A DNA stretch of 48,755 nt from Octopus bimaculoides. Its lineage: Eukaryota. The first letter of the stretch is position 1. The number at the start of each line of letters is the position of its first letter. A program made the translations under genes and the position numbers. Where the stretch lies: positions 24,622,514-24,671,268 of the forward strand of contig NC_069002.1 of NCBI RefSeq assembly GCF_001194135.2, in the 5' to 3' direction. The notes under the pieces are model-generated. The model did not search any database, was not told where the DNA came from, and saw only the letters and a program-made list of their open reading frames with translations. Positions 26,862 through 38,226 of this stretch are shown here, in pieces.

Positions 26862-27264
26862 CACAAGCAGTAGATCGGGGCGCCACTGGATAGTGCAAAA
26901 GATCCTAGTATCTCCATCAAAATACAGGACAAGATACTGTAGCAACGTGGGTTTCAGGGGCCCACAGCTCTTCAATATCCTTCGAAAATGCCTGAGAGAC
27001 CTGCATGGAGTGGATGTAGGTATCGTCAAAGCAAAACTGGATCTCCTCCAGTCAACGGTTCTGCAGGAAACACAGATGTGAGCAGCAGCATTCACCAAAT
27101 GCCACATATCAGAGGAAGTTTCAAATAACGGTGTAGCACAGCCAACGGTGTAGCACAGCCAACGGTGTAGCACAGCCAACGGTGTAGCACAGCCAACGGT
27201 GTAGCACAGCCAACGGTGCTGCCCCAGCATGACCGCAGCTTTAAAACTGAAATAATTAAAAGAA
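26862..27264 (+). mobile_element. CR1-like LINE extreme 3' end
   Basis: RTRYCSNVGFRGPQLFNILRKCLRDLHGVDVGIVKAKLDL resembles CR1/L2-group ORF2 C-termini; followed by a 3' UTR and the tail CCCCAGCATGACCGCAGC..CTGAAA..AAAAGAA. Confidence 0.75.
27127..27218. repeat. 17-bp tandem repeat (AACGGTGTAGCACAGCC)x5.4 inside the LINE 3' UTR
   Basis: Five perfect copies plus AACGGTG, with no spacers. Confidence 0.98.
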
Positions 27265-27285
27265 TTTAAGAATTTAGATAATATT

Positions 27286-27338
<53 letters not shown>

Positions 27339-27361
27339 ATGTATATATATCATTGACATAA

Positions 27362-28320
27362 ACATCAAATTCGAGTTTCAACATCCAGACGAATCCGGAA
27401 CCTTCTTTCTACTCGACTTTCAACTCAGGATCACAGAGGAAGACTCCATGTTTACCAACTTCCACAGAAAAGCCGCTAGCAGAAAACTTTTCGTCCACTA
27501 CTAGTCGGCCTTACCTAACAGAGCTTCTCGTGAGAAGCGAGATTGCCCGTATAAGCAACAATTGCAGCAAAGTGACCGACAATCACTTCCTCAGAGACCA
27601 AACCGGGAATGGCTACTCACCATCTTTAGCCAAACAACGGCACCTAAAAAACATCAGGGTCAATAAACCCCGGAAGAACCATCATACTTCTAAATCCGGC
27701 ACGTGTTTCCTAAAGCTACCACATTTTGACGACAGAACTACTGCAACGATACTACACGCAGTCCGCATGGAAGGACACGACATACAGATAGTGCACACCG
27801 GCTCTTCCCTGAGAAGATCTCTGTCCAAGAACAACACCTCTCACTACTCCGAGGAGTGCACATTATCAAACTGCTCTATCAATGACCCTGAATTTTGCCA
27901 GAGGACCTATGTTGTATACGAGATCGTCTGTGGCAAATGTTGCGCATCCTACATAGGAAGCGCAACAAGAAGACAACATATACGCATAATGGAACACATG
28001 CAGGCAAACACTTCCGTGAAGAAATATCTACGGAAATGCCAGACCCGAGAATTCCCAGTGCACATCAGAGCAACACAGCGGAACAGGAGCAACCTTAGAA
28101 TCTTTGAGGCCATCCCCATACACCAAAGAAAACCAAATATCAACAACAGAAGAAAGTTACAGGAAGCTAACTGTATGCCACTAATGGATGCTTAGCTGTA
28201 TGCCACTTATAGATGCTTAATGTCATTTCCGAAACTCTTGGCCACTGATACATTTTGCAGCTTCTGCCGATTAAGAAATACGAAGTAAGCATATTTCGTG
28301 TATTTAAATCTACTTTTCTA
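27362..28320 (+). mobile_element. Penelope-like retroelement remnant (RT C-terminus plus GIY-YIG endonuclease)
   Basis: KFEFQHPDESGTFFLLDFQLRI..FHRKAASRKLFVHY*SALP upstream. ORF 27530-28195 has FLKLPHF and VVYEIVCGKCCASYIGSATRRQHIRIMEH..LRIFEAIPIHQRKPNIN. Confidence 0.88.
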
Positions 28321-28419
28321 TGTTCTAGGAAAACTGTACCGTATATCTACTTACCTCTCTCCCACAGCAAATAAGCCAAAAGCTGCAACAAAGGCACACA
28401 CGAGAGTGGTGATGTGAGA

Positions 28420-28534
28420 CTCCCAGCTTGAAGAAATCAGCCAAAGGATAACCATTTGTAACGGCGCAAAAGTACGGTGGTGCTCCAGCATGACAGCAGC
28501 CGCATAGCTGAAACAAACCAAAAACTAAAAGAAT
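28420..28534 (+). mobile_element. LINE/SINE-type 3' tail fragment
   Basis: TAACGGCG..GGTGGTGCTCCAGCATGACAGCAGCC..GCTGAAACAAA..AAAAGAATA, homologous to the tail at 27212-27264. Confidence 0.7.
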
Positions 28535-28541
28535 ATATATA

Positions 28542-29206
28542 CGAAGGGAAGTCAAAACTATCCGCACTTTCACCATAACATATCTTTATTATTGTCACAC
28601 TGCCTTCTGTGCTTGCGTGCTTATAGTTGGTACTATTGTGGTCATGTGATTGCAGTTTGAGCCTGATAGTGCCATTTTTCTTTCTGGCTTTACAGTGTAA
28701 GCATGGCCGCTCCACCTGCAATGTGCGCCAAAGAAGAACAAAGAGCAGCGATCTGAGTGGCGATAATGGCGAACTGGTTTACCATTACTATCTCTTGAGC
28801 TTGTTGAACCTTCTCGTCAGTGGTGGAGGTTGACGGGCGTCCTTGTTTCCTCTTCGTGCGTCACGCTTGTCCGGCCACTTTTAAACTACTCGATCCACTC
28901 ATCCAAAATTATATGCAGTAGTGCACTCTCCCCGTATTATGCAAAGAGCCTCCGATGAATTTCAACAACTCAAAGATTCCGACCAGAAAAATCGGATCAC
29001 TGCTCTTTGTTCTTCTTTGATGCATAAAAATGTGAAGCGGCCATTCTTACACTGGAAAGTCAGAAGGAAAAATGGTGCGATCAGGCTAAAACTTGGATCA
29101 CGTGACTATAATAGTACCAACTATAAGCACGCATTCGCAAAAGGCAGTGGAACAGTAATAATGATATATTATGGCGAATGTGCGGATGACTTTTGACTTC
29201 TGCTCG
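28542..29206. mobile_element. mariner-derived fold-back MITE with ~215-bp inverted arms
   Basis: TA|CGAAGGGAAGTCAAAACTATCCGCAC ... GTGCGGATGACTTTTGACTTCTGCTCG|TA. The arms are about 80% identical by eye; the left arm includes a transposase start (MCAKEEQRAAI) and the right arm retains the KEEQRA codons. Confidence 0.85.
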
Positions 29207-29306
29207 TATGTGTGTGTATATATATATATATACATACATACTTACATATATACATGCATACATACATATATACATACACATGCACATACGCAGGTATATA
29301 TTATAC

Positions 29307-30009
<703 letters not shown>

Positions 30010-30375
30010 CACAAATGCATATCGATATGCATATTTAGGCAAGGATGCAAATAAACAAATGAAACTTCTTGGGTTTAATAAACAAAATATATTATATATA
30101 CATCTATACGTGTAATTAGAGAGAAAGAAAAACCTTAAATTTTTCAGACAATGAATATTCTAGTATAAATACAAAGATACTTATATATTAAGTGAGCAAG
30201 CTTACACAGAGAACATAGACAGAGAAAAGCGGGAGAAGGTATGGTGTTTTTGTGTCTTTTTAGTCTGAGTAAATGTGTTCTGTTAATATATAATTATCTA
30301 TAAATTTATGCATGAATATTCATCGTTTGATTATTTTCAGGCTTTGTTTCTCTTTGTTTACATGCATCTGTACTA

Positions 30376-30764
30376 CTACGGCACTCCGTCGGTTACGACA
30401 ACGATGGTTCCAGTTGATCCAATCAACGGAACAACCTGCTCTGGAAATTAACGTGCAAGTGGTTGAGCACTCCGCAGACACGTGTAGCGTTAACGTAGTT
30501 CTCGAGGAGATCAGGCGTGACACAGAATGTGACAAGGCTGGATCTTTGAAATACAGGAACAAGAGAATCAGGAAGAAAGAGTGAAAGTTGTGGTGAACGG
30601 GTACAGCAAGGTTCGCCACCCCTACCCGCCCCCCCCCCGCCGGAGTATTGCGGGCTTTAAGCGTGTTCGCTCAATAAAGCACTCACAAGGCCCGGTGTGG
30701 GAATCGAAACCGCAATCCTATGACCACGAGTCCTCTGCCATAACCACTGGCCATTGCGACTCCA
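30376..30764 (-). mobile_element. tRNA-headed SINE sharing the family C 3' tail
   Basis: Minus-strand head GCAATGGCCCAGTGGTTA..GTTTCGATTCCC; ~190-bp tail homologous to 33690-33868 and 41368-41517. Confidence 0.85.
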
Positions 30765-31059
30765 CACATGTATGTGCTTTTTCTACAGCATTAAAGTATA
30801 TGTGTGTGTGTGTGTATACACATATATATGTACATGCATATATATATGTATGTGTGTGTGTGTGTGTGTGTGTGTATACACATATATATGTACATGCATA
30901 TATATATATATGTATGTGTGTGTGTGTGTGTGTGTTTGTGTATATTTACATATGTATAACTATAAGTATATATAAACATGCACATATACATGTGTGTGTG
31001 TGTATTGTATATAGAGTCTGTGTGCAATTTAAACTATTTGTAGCTTTGTAACTAGACAC

Positions 31060-31529
31060 GATAGAACTAATCTGTAAAAGGGATAAGAACGAACAAGTAT
31101 TAAATTTATTAGTAGCATTTTAATTTTCATTATGTCCACCATCATTTCGTATACAAATGGTACTAATCACATGAATTATCCCACCTTGAACGTCCTCTAA
31201 AAATGAAGGTTTAGTTGAATAATGAGTTCTTAACCTCCTTTGGAAAGCGACGGTAGGTTTTCGTTCATCTTACCAAAGAGAACAATTTCCTTTCTCTTCC
31301 AGGGAAGACATAGGTCAACAGTAATTCCGCACAAAAAAGAATAAGTAATGTTGAAGTTTCAAGAAATAGATTAAAAAAAAATAGGTAAAACAAATAATAA
31401 CCAATTTTCTGAAGACGAGAAAAATAGAAACATCAAGATTTCTTAGCTTTTTTTACTGATTCGTTCTCTGAAATATAGATACAAATATGTAGATATTTGA
31501 AATTGCGTACAGACTTTATAGACAACCTG
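31060..31529 (-). mobile_element. Internally deleted Tc1-like transposon
   Basis: Minus-strand TA|CAGGTTGTCTATAAAGTC TIR and C-terminal CIRNDGGHNEN* typical of Tc1-type transposases; the other TIR is not clear. Confidence 0.55.
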
Positions 31530-32269
31530 TATATATATATATATATATNNNNNNNNNNNNNNNNNNNNNNNNNNNNNNNNNNNNNNNNNNNNNNNNNNNN
31601 NNNNNNNNNNNNNNNNNNNNNNNNNNNNNNNNNNNNNNNNNNNNNNNNNNNNNNNNNTATATATATACATATATATAGGTATATATATTTGTGTGTATGC
31701 ATTTATGTATTTATGTACACATATATACATACGTATGATGTAATTGTGTGCGTATGCATCAATTTATAGCGATTGATTAGGTAAGCTTACCGAACCATCA
31801 CAACGTTTATATGATTTGAATCTCCAACAAACCGACTCCTAATGATCAGTGGTGCATACTTTGAAAGAAATAACTTATAACAATTTTTGTTTGTTTTGGT
31901 TCATGATTGCTTCAATTTCATCCATAGACATAGATGAGGGCTTTCAAGTGACAGAAATATTTCGAGACGGCTAGTTAATGTTGATTTTTGCAAACTTCGT
32001 TCGAAGTATATAGCAAATGTTGATAACTTCCCACACACAAATACACACAGAAAACCTGTGTCACGCTTGACTTTTTCAATCAATTGCCTGTCTACACATG
32101 AATGACTTGTGTCCGGTCGTCATTCGTGGATAACGAACTTTTGTCTCAAAGAATATGATACGTTGGCTTGTAACGGGTCTCATCATTCGATATTTATATT
32201 AGGTGCTGTGCTAGATGTTGACGAAGACAGTGTTATCGGATCGTGAATATAGGGGGGAAATGGAAAGGA

Positions 32270-32298
32270 TTATAATAATGATAATAATAATAACATCA

Positions 32299-32370
<72 letters not shown>

Positions 32371-32398
32371 GTAATAATAATAATAATAATAATAATAG
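32270..32398. repeat. (AAT)n microsatellite
   Basis: Direct inspection. Confidence 0.99.
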
Positions 32399-32612
32399 TG
32401 TAGCCTGAGGATTGGAATTTCTTCCAACAGTCTCATCTGTTATGCGTCAAGTAAAGCATACATTACACACTCGTCGTAAATATGCAGTGAATCAATTGAC
32501 TTAGATTTTGTGAACAGACGTTTTTACAAATGACAGATTAGTTATTTGAATATGTGTGTGCGTGTGAGTGCGTGTGTACGTATATATATATGTATGTTTA
32601 CGGAGATTGATA

Positions 32613-32945
32613 GATGAAAAGAAAATGTTATTTGCACTGTGTACAGCGAGACCTGAAACGATTATTGGCATATTAATTCTTAACACGTCTAGGCGGGTTT
32701 AGACGTAAAATGTGATGGTCGCTGTAGCGTGCGTCACAGGAAAATAACCTCTCATTATACGATTACAGTGGATTCAACACGGTCACCTCGGTCGTCATAA
32801 AACAGAGAAGTTATTGTGCTATGATGCACGCTAAAAAGATCAGCGTATTTTGTGTCTGAATCTGTCAAAACGTGTTAAGAATGAATGTGCCAGTAATTGC
32901 TCCAGGTTTTGCAGTACACGGTGCAAACGGTGATTTTTTTTCATC
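32613..32945 (+). other. 333-nt imperfect fold-back (rod-like hairpin) with G.U-biased mismatches
   Basis: Hand alignment of 141 gap-free columns gives 104 Watson-Crick pairs, 21 G.U on the + strand, 7 G.U only on the - strand, and 9 transversion mismatches; 11-nt terminal loop at 32772-32782. Confidence 0.9.
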
Positions 32946-33016
32946 AGTTGGCAGATATAAGCATTAGACAGCATTTTGTTCGATGAAAGCATAAACAAGG
33001 CCAGCGACCTTGTTCA

Positions 33017-33085
33017 GGCTCAGAGTTCCGGTTGCTTCTGACTGATGAGACACAAAATGTCGAAATACTAGTGTTCTATAATGTC
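33017..33085 (+). ncRNA. Hammerhead ribozyme-like core, probably decayed
   Basis: CTGATGA (33042-48), GACA/CAAAA/TGTC stem II, GAAA (33062-65). Stem I hairpin TCAGAG/TTCTGA abuts the core. In this type-III geometry the cleavage triplet reads GGC instead of GUC, and stem III is weak. Confidence 0.55.
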
Positions 33086-33171
33086 ATACGCCAATGAGCC
33101 GAGTGTGTCGAATACACTTTTGCATAAAAGGAAAAGTTATTCTTTTGTCACCTACGCCTAGACATATTCAT

Positions 33172-33365
33172 TTCAAATCTTGGCACAGGGCCAGCAATTT
33201 CGGGGTAGGGTGTGTGTCGATTATAACGACCAGTTCAACTGTTACTTATTTTATCGTGCCCCGATGGATGAAAGGCAAAGTCAACCTCGGCGGAATTTCA
33301 ACTCAGAACGTAAGGACAGACGAAATGCAGCCAAGCAGTGCTCACGGTTCTGACAGCTCGCCACC
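33172..33365 (-). mobile_element. SINE family A (tail 1)
   Basis: TTGGCACAGGGCCAGCAATTT..GATGAAAGGCAAAGTCAACCTCGGCGGAATTTCAACTCAGAACGT..CAGCTCGCCACC. Confidence 0.88.
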
Positions 33366-33428
33366 TTTGCCCTGCCAAGACATATTAAGAATAAACATAC
33401 AAATAGTCATATACATGTAGATGTGTGT

Positions 33429-33520
<92 letters not shown>

Positions 33521-33545
33521 ATGTGTGTGTGTGTGTGTGTGTGTA

Positions 33546-33868
33546 TGAAGGTGGGTGATTTAGTGGCTTAAGGTATTCGGCTCACGATCATAAGGTCGTG
33601 AGTTGGATTCCTGGTGGTGCGTTGTGTCCTTGAGCAAGACACTTTGTTTCACATTGTTCCAGTCCTCTCAGCTGGCAAAAATGAGTTGTACTTGTATTTC
33701 AAGGGGCCAGCCTTATCACATTCTGTGTTACGCCGAATCTCCATGAGACCTGCACTGAGGGTATGCGCGTGTCTGTGCAGTACTCAGCCATTTGCATGCT
33801 AGTTTCACACGCAAGATGTTACGTTGATCGGATCAACTGGGACACACGTCGTCATAACCGACGGCCTG
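33546..33868 (+). mobile_element. tRNA-headed CORE-like SINE family C
   Basis: Head GAAGG..TTAGTGG..GAGTTGGATTCC; central GTGTCCTTGAGCAAGACACTT..CTCAGCTGGCAAAAATGAGT resembles the CORE domain; tail ends GTCATAACCGACGG. Confidence 0.87.
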
Positions 33869-36020
33869 TCATTTTAAAAATGTATATATATATATATATA
33901 CACATGCATTTGTGTGTATGTGGGGGTTATATATGTGTGCGTGTGCGTGCATGCATGCGTGTATGTATGTATGTATGTATACTTACAGATAATAATAGCC
34001 ACAAAATGGAAGTGGCTATTTGGCGTTCATTCCTTTCTGTAAGTCAGAAGTAGCGTTTATAACATTGCTACTTTTGGGAACATGTATTTCTCAGCAACAT
34101 TTATGGAAATTCAATTCACAGAATGTAAATATTATTTTTTGCAACATATTTATGAAAGCAATATCTTTGAGAGTCAACAAATTAAAGATTTGAAGTTGTT
34201 CCTTTATAAAATCAATGTTTTAATTATAATGTAAACAGTTGGGGGTGGGGTTCAGTTTAAAAACTCAGTGATTTTATATATATTTTTTCACTTTATTCAC
34301 TTTTGCTTTAATCATGCTTTCATACACTTTCTGGATCATGAATACATAAATAAATTTAAAAGTTTAAAAAAATTATATCAGAATCAAATTAAGATGAAAA
34401 AAATTGTTAATATTTAAAAGAAATACAGGTACGACTGAGATATCCTCACCGGAAGCAATAAGGAAAATATATTACTGATTGCAAATTTAACGAGATTGTG
34501 AATAATTTTACGAATGATATTACCAAAGAAACGACAGATAAAAAAAACAAATGCATGAAATGAAAGAAATATAAAAAAACAAATAGTATCAATACAAACT
34601 TAATATCAGTAAATTTATTTTTAAAATTTAATATTTTTCACGAATATAACATTGATTTGAATTCATAACTGCTTGAAATTTCTACAATTTTTTAGACAAA
34701 ACTGATCATTGTGGCAATAAAATAAACTTGATATCGACAGAATTTTATGAAAAAAATGTGAAATTTAAAATGAAGAACTGTTCTATTTCTCACAGCTTCA
34801 ACATATTTTACTGCAATATAGCAGTTTCTAATTGAGTACGGACATTCTGGAGGTAATGATATACTTGCAGTAACTGAAGTCCAGGATCACCACAGATTTT
34901 TAAAATTTCTCACTTTTTTTTCAACTGGTGACTTTCTATCCATACATAATCAATACGGAGATTTAACATCAAACCCAACAATATATGAGGGCAAATTATA
35001 TGATATATGCGAGGAGTTTAAAGTAGAAAAGACTTTAGTTTGAGAGCATACATCCGGATCTCAAGCTTGTGATATGGCTGAGTTATTGAACCACGTTTAC
35101 TCTTTGTATTCACACTTTCCAATTGTGCATATGAAATAATAGCCTGTCATTCTAACACGCTGAGGAATACCACATGAATGCATTTTTATATGATACTCAT
35201 AGTAACTAAATAATTTGCTATGCTTTTGTTTCAATGTATACATTAGTCCCTGACGTCGTTGACTATATATGTGTGAAGAGAAAGGAAAACGAAAACAAAA
35301 CTGAAGAAAAAATACGAAAGAAATATAAGGAAGAAGAAATAAAAAAGAAAGTGCTATGATAATCTAAAATGAAATATAAATACCTAATAATGTTTTTGTA
35401 TCCCACAATACTTGTCAAAATGTGGTTTTACAAATTTCAGGCAAATACTTGAATTCAAACACCGGCAGGAAATGTAAAAACTGAAAACTAACTCCGTCTT
35501 AACATCGAAGTCAACGAATATGGAATATGATTAAATTGAAGCAAGACACCTAATTTAAAAGAAAAAATAAAGCATGAAAGCATTAGAAAACATATGAAAT
35601 AGTGCTTGAAGTTATGAATTTTGTGTACAATAGAATAATGTTTAAAAGTCAATAGAAGCGTTTAGTTAGGAGGCGAAGAAATATAATTAAAATCAAATCA
35701 AATAAAAACAAACAAAAGTGAAGAAATATTTTCAACGTACTTGATGCATCTCATTGGGGTTCTTCTTAATTCGTTCTGTGTACTTTTAGTGGCAATGCAA
35801 AACAATGACGGCAACTACAGACACATAGGAAGTATCATTGTCTAACTTCAGTGTGAATTTGAAGATCTTTATCGGATTTTGGCTGCAGGGAAGATAAGCT
35901 GGCATGTGAAAGGAAGCATGATATCGCGAGAAAGTTCGTGAGTTACCATTCTCTTTCTTCACCTTTAGCATTTGCAGGAGACGTGTGTAATTGTGTAAAC
36001 GCTGAGACGGTAAATGTTTC

Positions 36021-36062
<42 letters not shown>

Positions 36063-36192
36063 NNNNNNNNNNNNNNNNNNNNNNNNNNNNNNNNNNNNNN
36101 NNNNNNNNNNNNNNNNNNNNNNNNNNNNNNNNNNNNNNNNNNNNNNNNNNNNNNNNNNNNNNNNNNNNNNNNNNNNNNNNNNNNNNNNNNNN

Positions 36193-36223
<31 letters not shown>

Positions 36224-36321
36224 GGACAGACAGATAGATAGATAGACAGATAGATGTGCACATATATATATATGTATATAGGTAAAATAAGAATATACGT
36301 AAAAATAGGTCCTATTCGCGT

Positions 36322-36353
<32 letters not shown>

Positions 36354-36653
36354 TGTATGTATGTATGTATGTATGTATGTGTGCATTGAATGTATGCTGA
36401 TGTGTGTGTTTATTTTGTCATTTTGCAAACTTTTACTTACGTATATATCGATAGATAAATGACATTCTGTGTCAATGTGTTTGATAGTATCGATGTTCGT
36501 ACATACGTTTGTCTCTGAATATTCCAATTGAATATAAGTTTCCGTTTCGCTTGATCCGTGCTTCTATATTGGCATATAAAACTGCGTGTCTCCTATACTA
36601 AAAGTACTCACGCTGTGTTGTTCATTGTTTATATACTTTAATACACCTCATCA

Positions 36654-36688
<35 letters not shown>

Positions 36689-38135
36689 CAGTGCTGCACT
36701 TGTATTCGTTTATTCCTATCCAATGCGTCTAATGACATTTGACAAATCTATTAACGTTCTGTTATTAAAGTGTGATTCTACATTTCATTGTTTTAAAGTG
36801 ATTATTTAATTCAAAAGGTTACAGTTTATAATGGGAATGTTACATGGCTGACGTATGCTTATAGTGACAATATCTTCAGTACTCGCCCTGATAATAAAAC
36901 GTATAACTGTGAACGTATGAATTGCTTACTGCGTAAAATTTAACCTTAAGGTCAGGGAAACTGCTGAAATTAATAGCTGTGTTACTTGTAACAAATTTGA
37001 TGTTGTTGAAAGCAACGTTAGTCTAAGCAGATAGGAGAAAATCCAAGTGCAGAAATAGCAAGCAGGAAGCAGTCTTTAAGGGAAAAGCAAGCTCACTGTG
37101 CAGAATTGGGAAAAGGATAATTTGAAAAGAAGAAATGCAGGACAAACTGAAAATACGGGTATTATTTAGGTCAGATGATCAATAAGACTTGGAATTTTTT
37201 AAGGGATAAACTCAATTTATGGAAAATGTCCATTCTTGAATTGTGTCACAGCAATCACTCAACACTATTAAAGTAAATGTCCCTAAGTAAAAGCGGGTAC
37301 CATGCTGGACTTAATGCTTATATTTGTTATGTTTTTTGTTTTCCTTTTTTCCTTTTATCACTTGTGTTATGTGTTTTACAATTTACAGCGATGTTGCGCT
37401 GGTTTCTAAAATAGACAAATAACTGACCCCTACTAATCCCGACTCTTCTGATTCTCTAAATACCTTCGGTCATTTCGATGTCTTCACAGTATCCCGTTAC
37501 AACAAACGCTGTTTCTACTTCAAAGTTTGCCGGGCGCACCGATATTACTGGCATTGATCCTGTCTTTGTTTTAACCAATCAGCTTTCGGTTTACATGTAA
37601 TGGTGTTATGCGTGAGCAAACTTAGTTGGTTTCGACCGTTTTATTTCATTTGGTGGGAGTCATTTGTAATTTGTTTATACTCATATGTTAAAAATATTTT
37701 TACCCTTTATCAATAACTGGTTGTTATATTATTGTTGTTATTTCCTTTCAGAACAGGTCTGAACATTTTAATAAAACGTTTTGCTTTCATATATATATAT
37801 ATATATATGGGGGGGGGGTTATCTGTCTGTCTATCTGTCTGTCTGTCTGTCTGTTTCTGTGTGTATACAAACGTGGAGTAGGTGAAACAGGGACAACTGA
37901 TGAAGGGAATGTTCTTTATGTTGCATGTCTCGGTTCTCTGTTTTTTTCGTTGCTCGAAAAAATGTTCGTTTTCAATGTTTTTGTTTTTATGTTTTCGTTT
38001 CTCATTGTGTCTACGTTTTTTTTTATGTCCTGTACCCATATATGCACGTATATATACATATATATGTATGTATGTAGATATATGTATGTATATATGCATA
38101 TATTTGTATATTATTTATATTATGTACATATATAT

Positions 38136-38226
<91 letters not shown>

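Noticed and set aside
27127-27218. CRISPR-like appearance of the 17-bp repeats (also the ABAB repeat at 22236-22425)
   Set aside because: Head-to-tail units without unique spacers, no cas genes, and a eukaryotic context.
28205-28250. Possible hammerhead in the Penelope 3' region (..AGATGCTTAATGTCATTTCCGAAAC)
   Set aside because: The CUGANGA box is absent, so it cannot be supported from this copy.
34810-34900. Minus-strand peptide SVVILDFSYCKYIIT resembling an LRR
   Set aside because: Bounded by in-frame stops, with no usable acceptor.
37895-37930. CTGATGAAGGG motif
   Set aside because: No GAAA box after the putative stem II.
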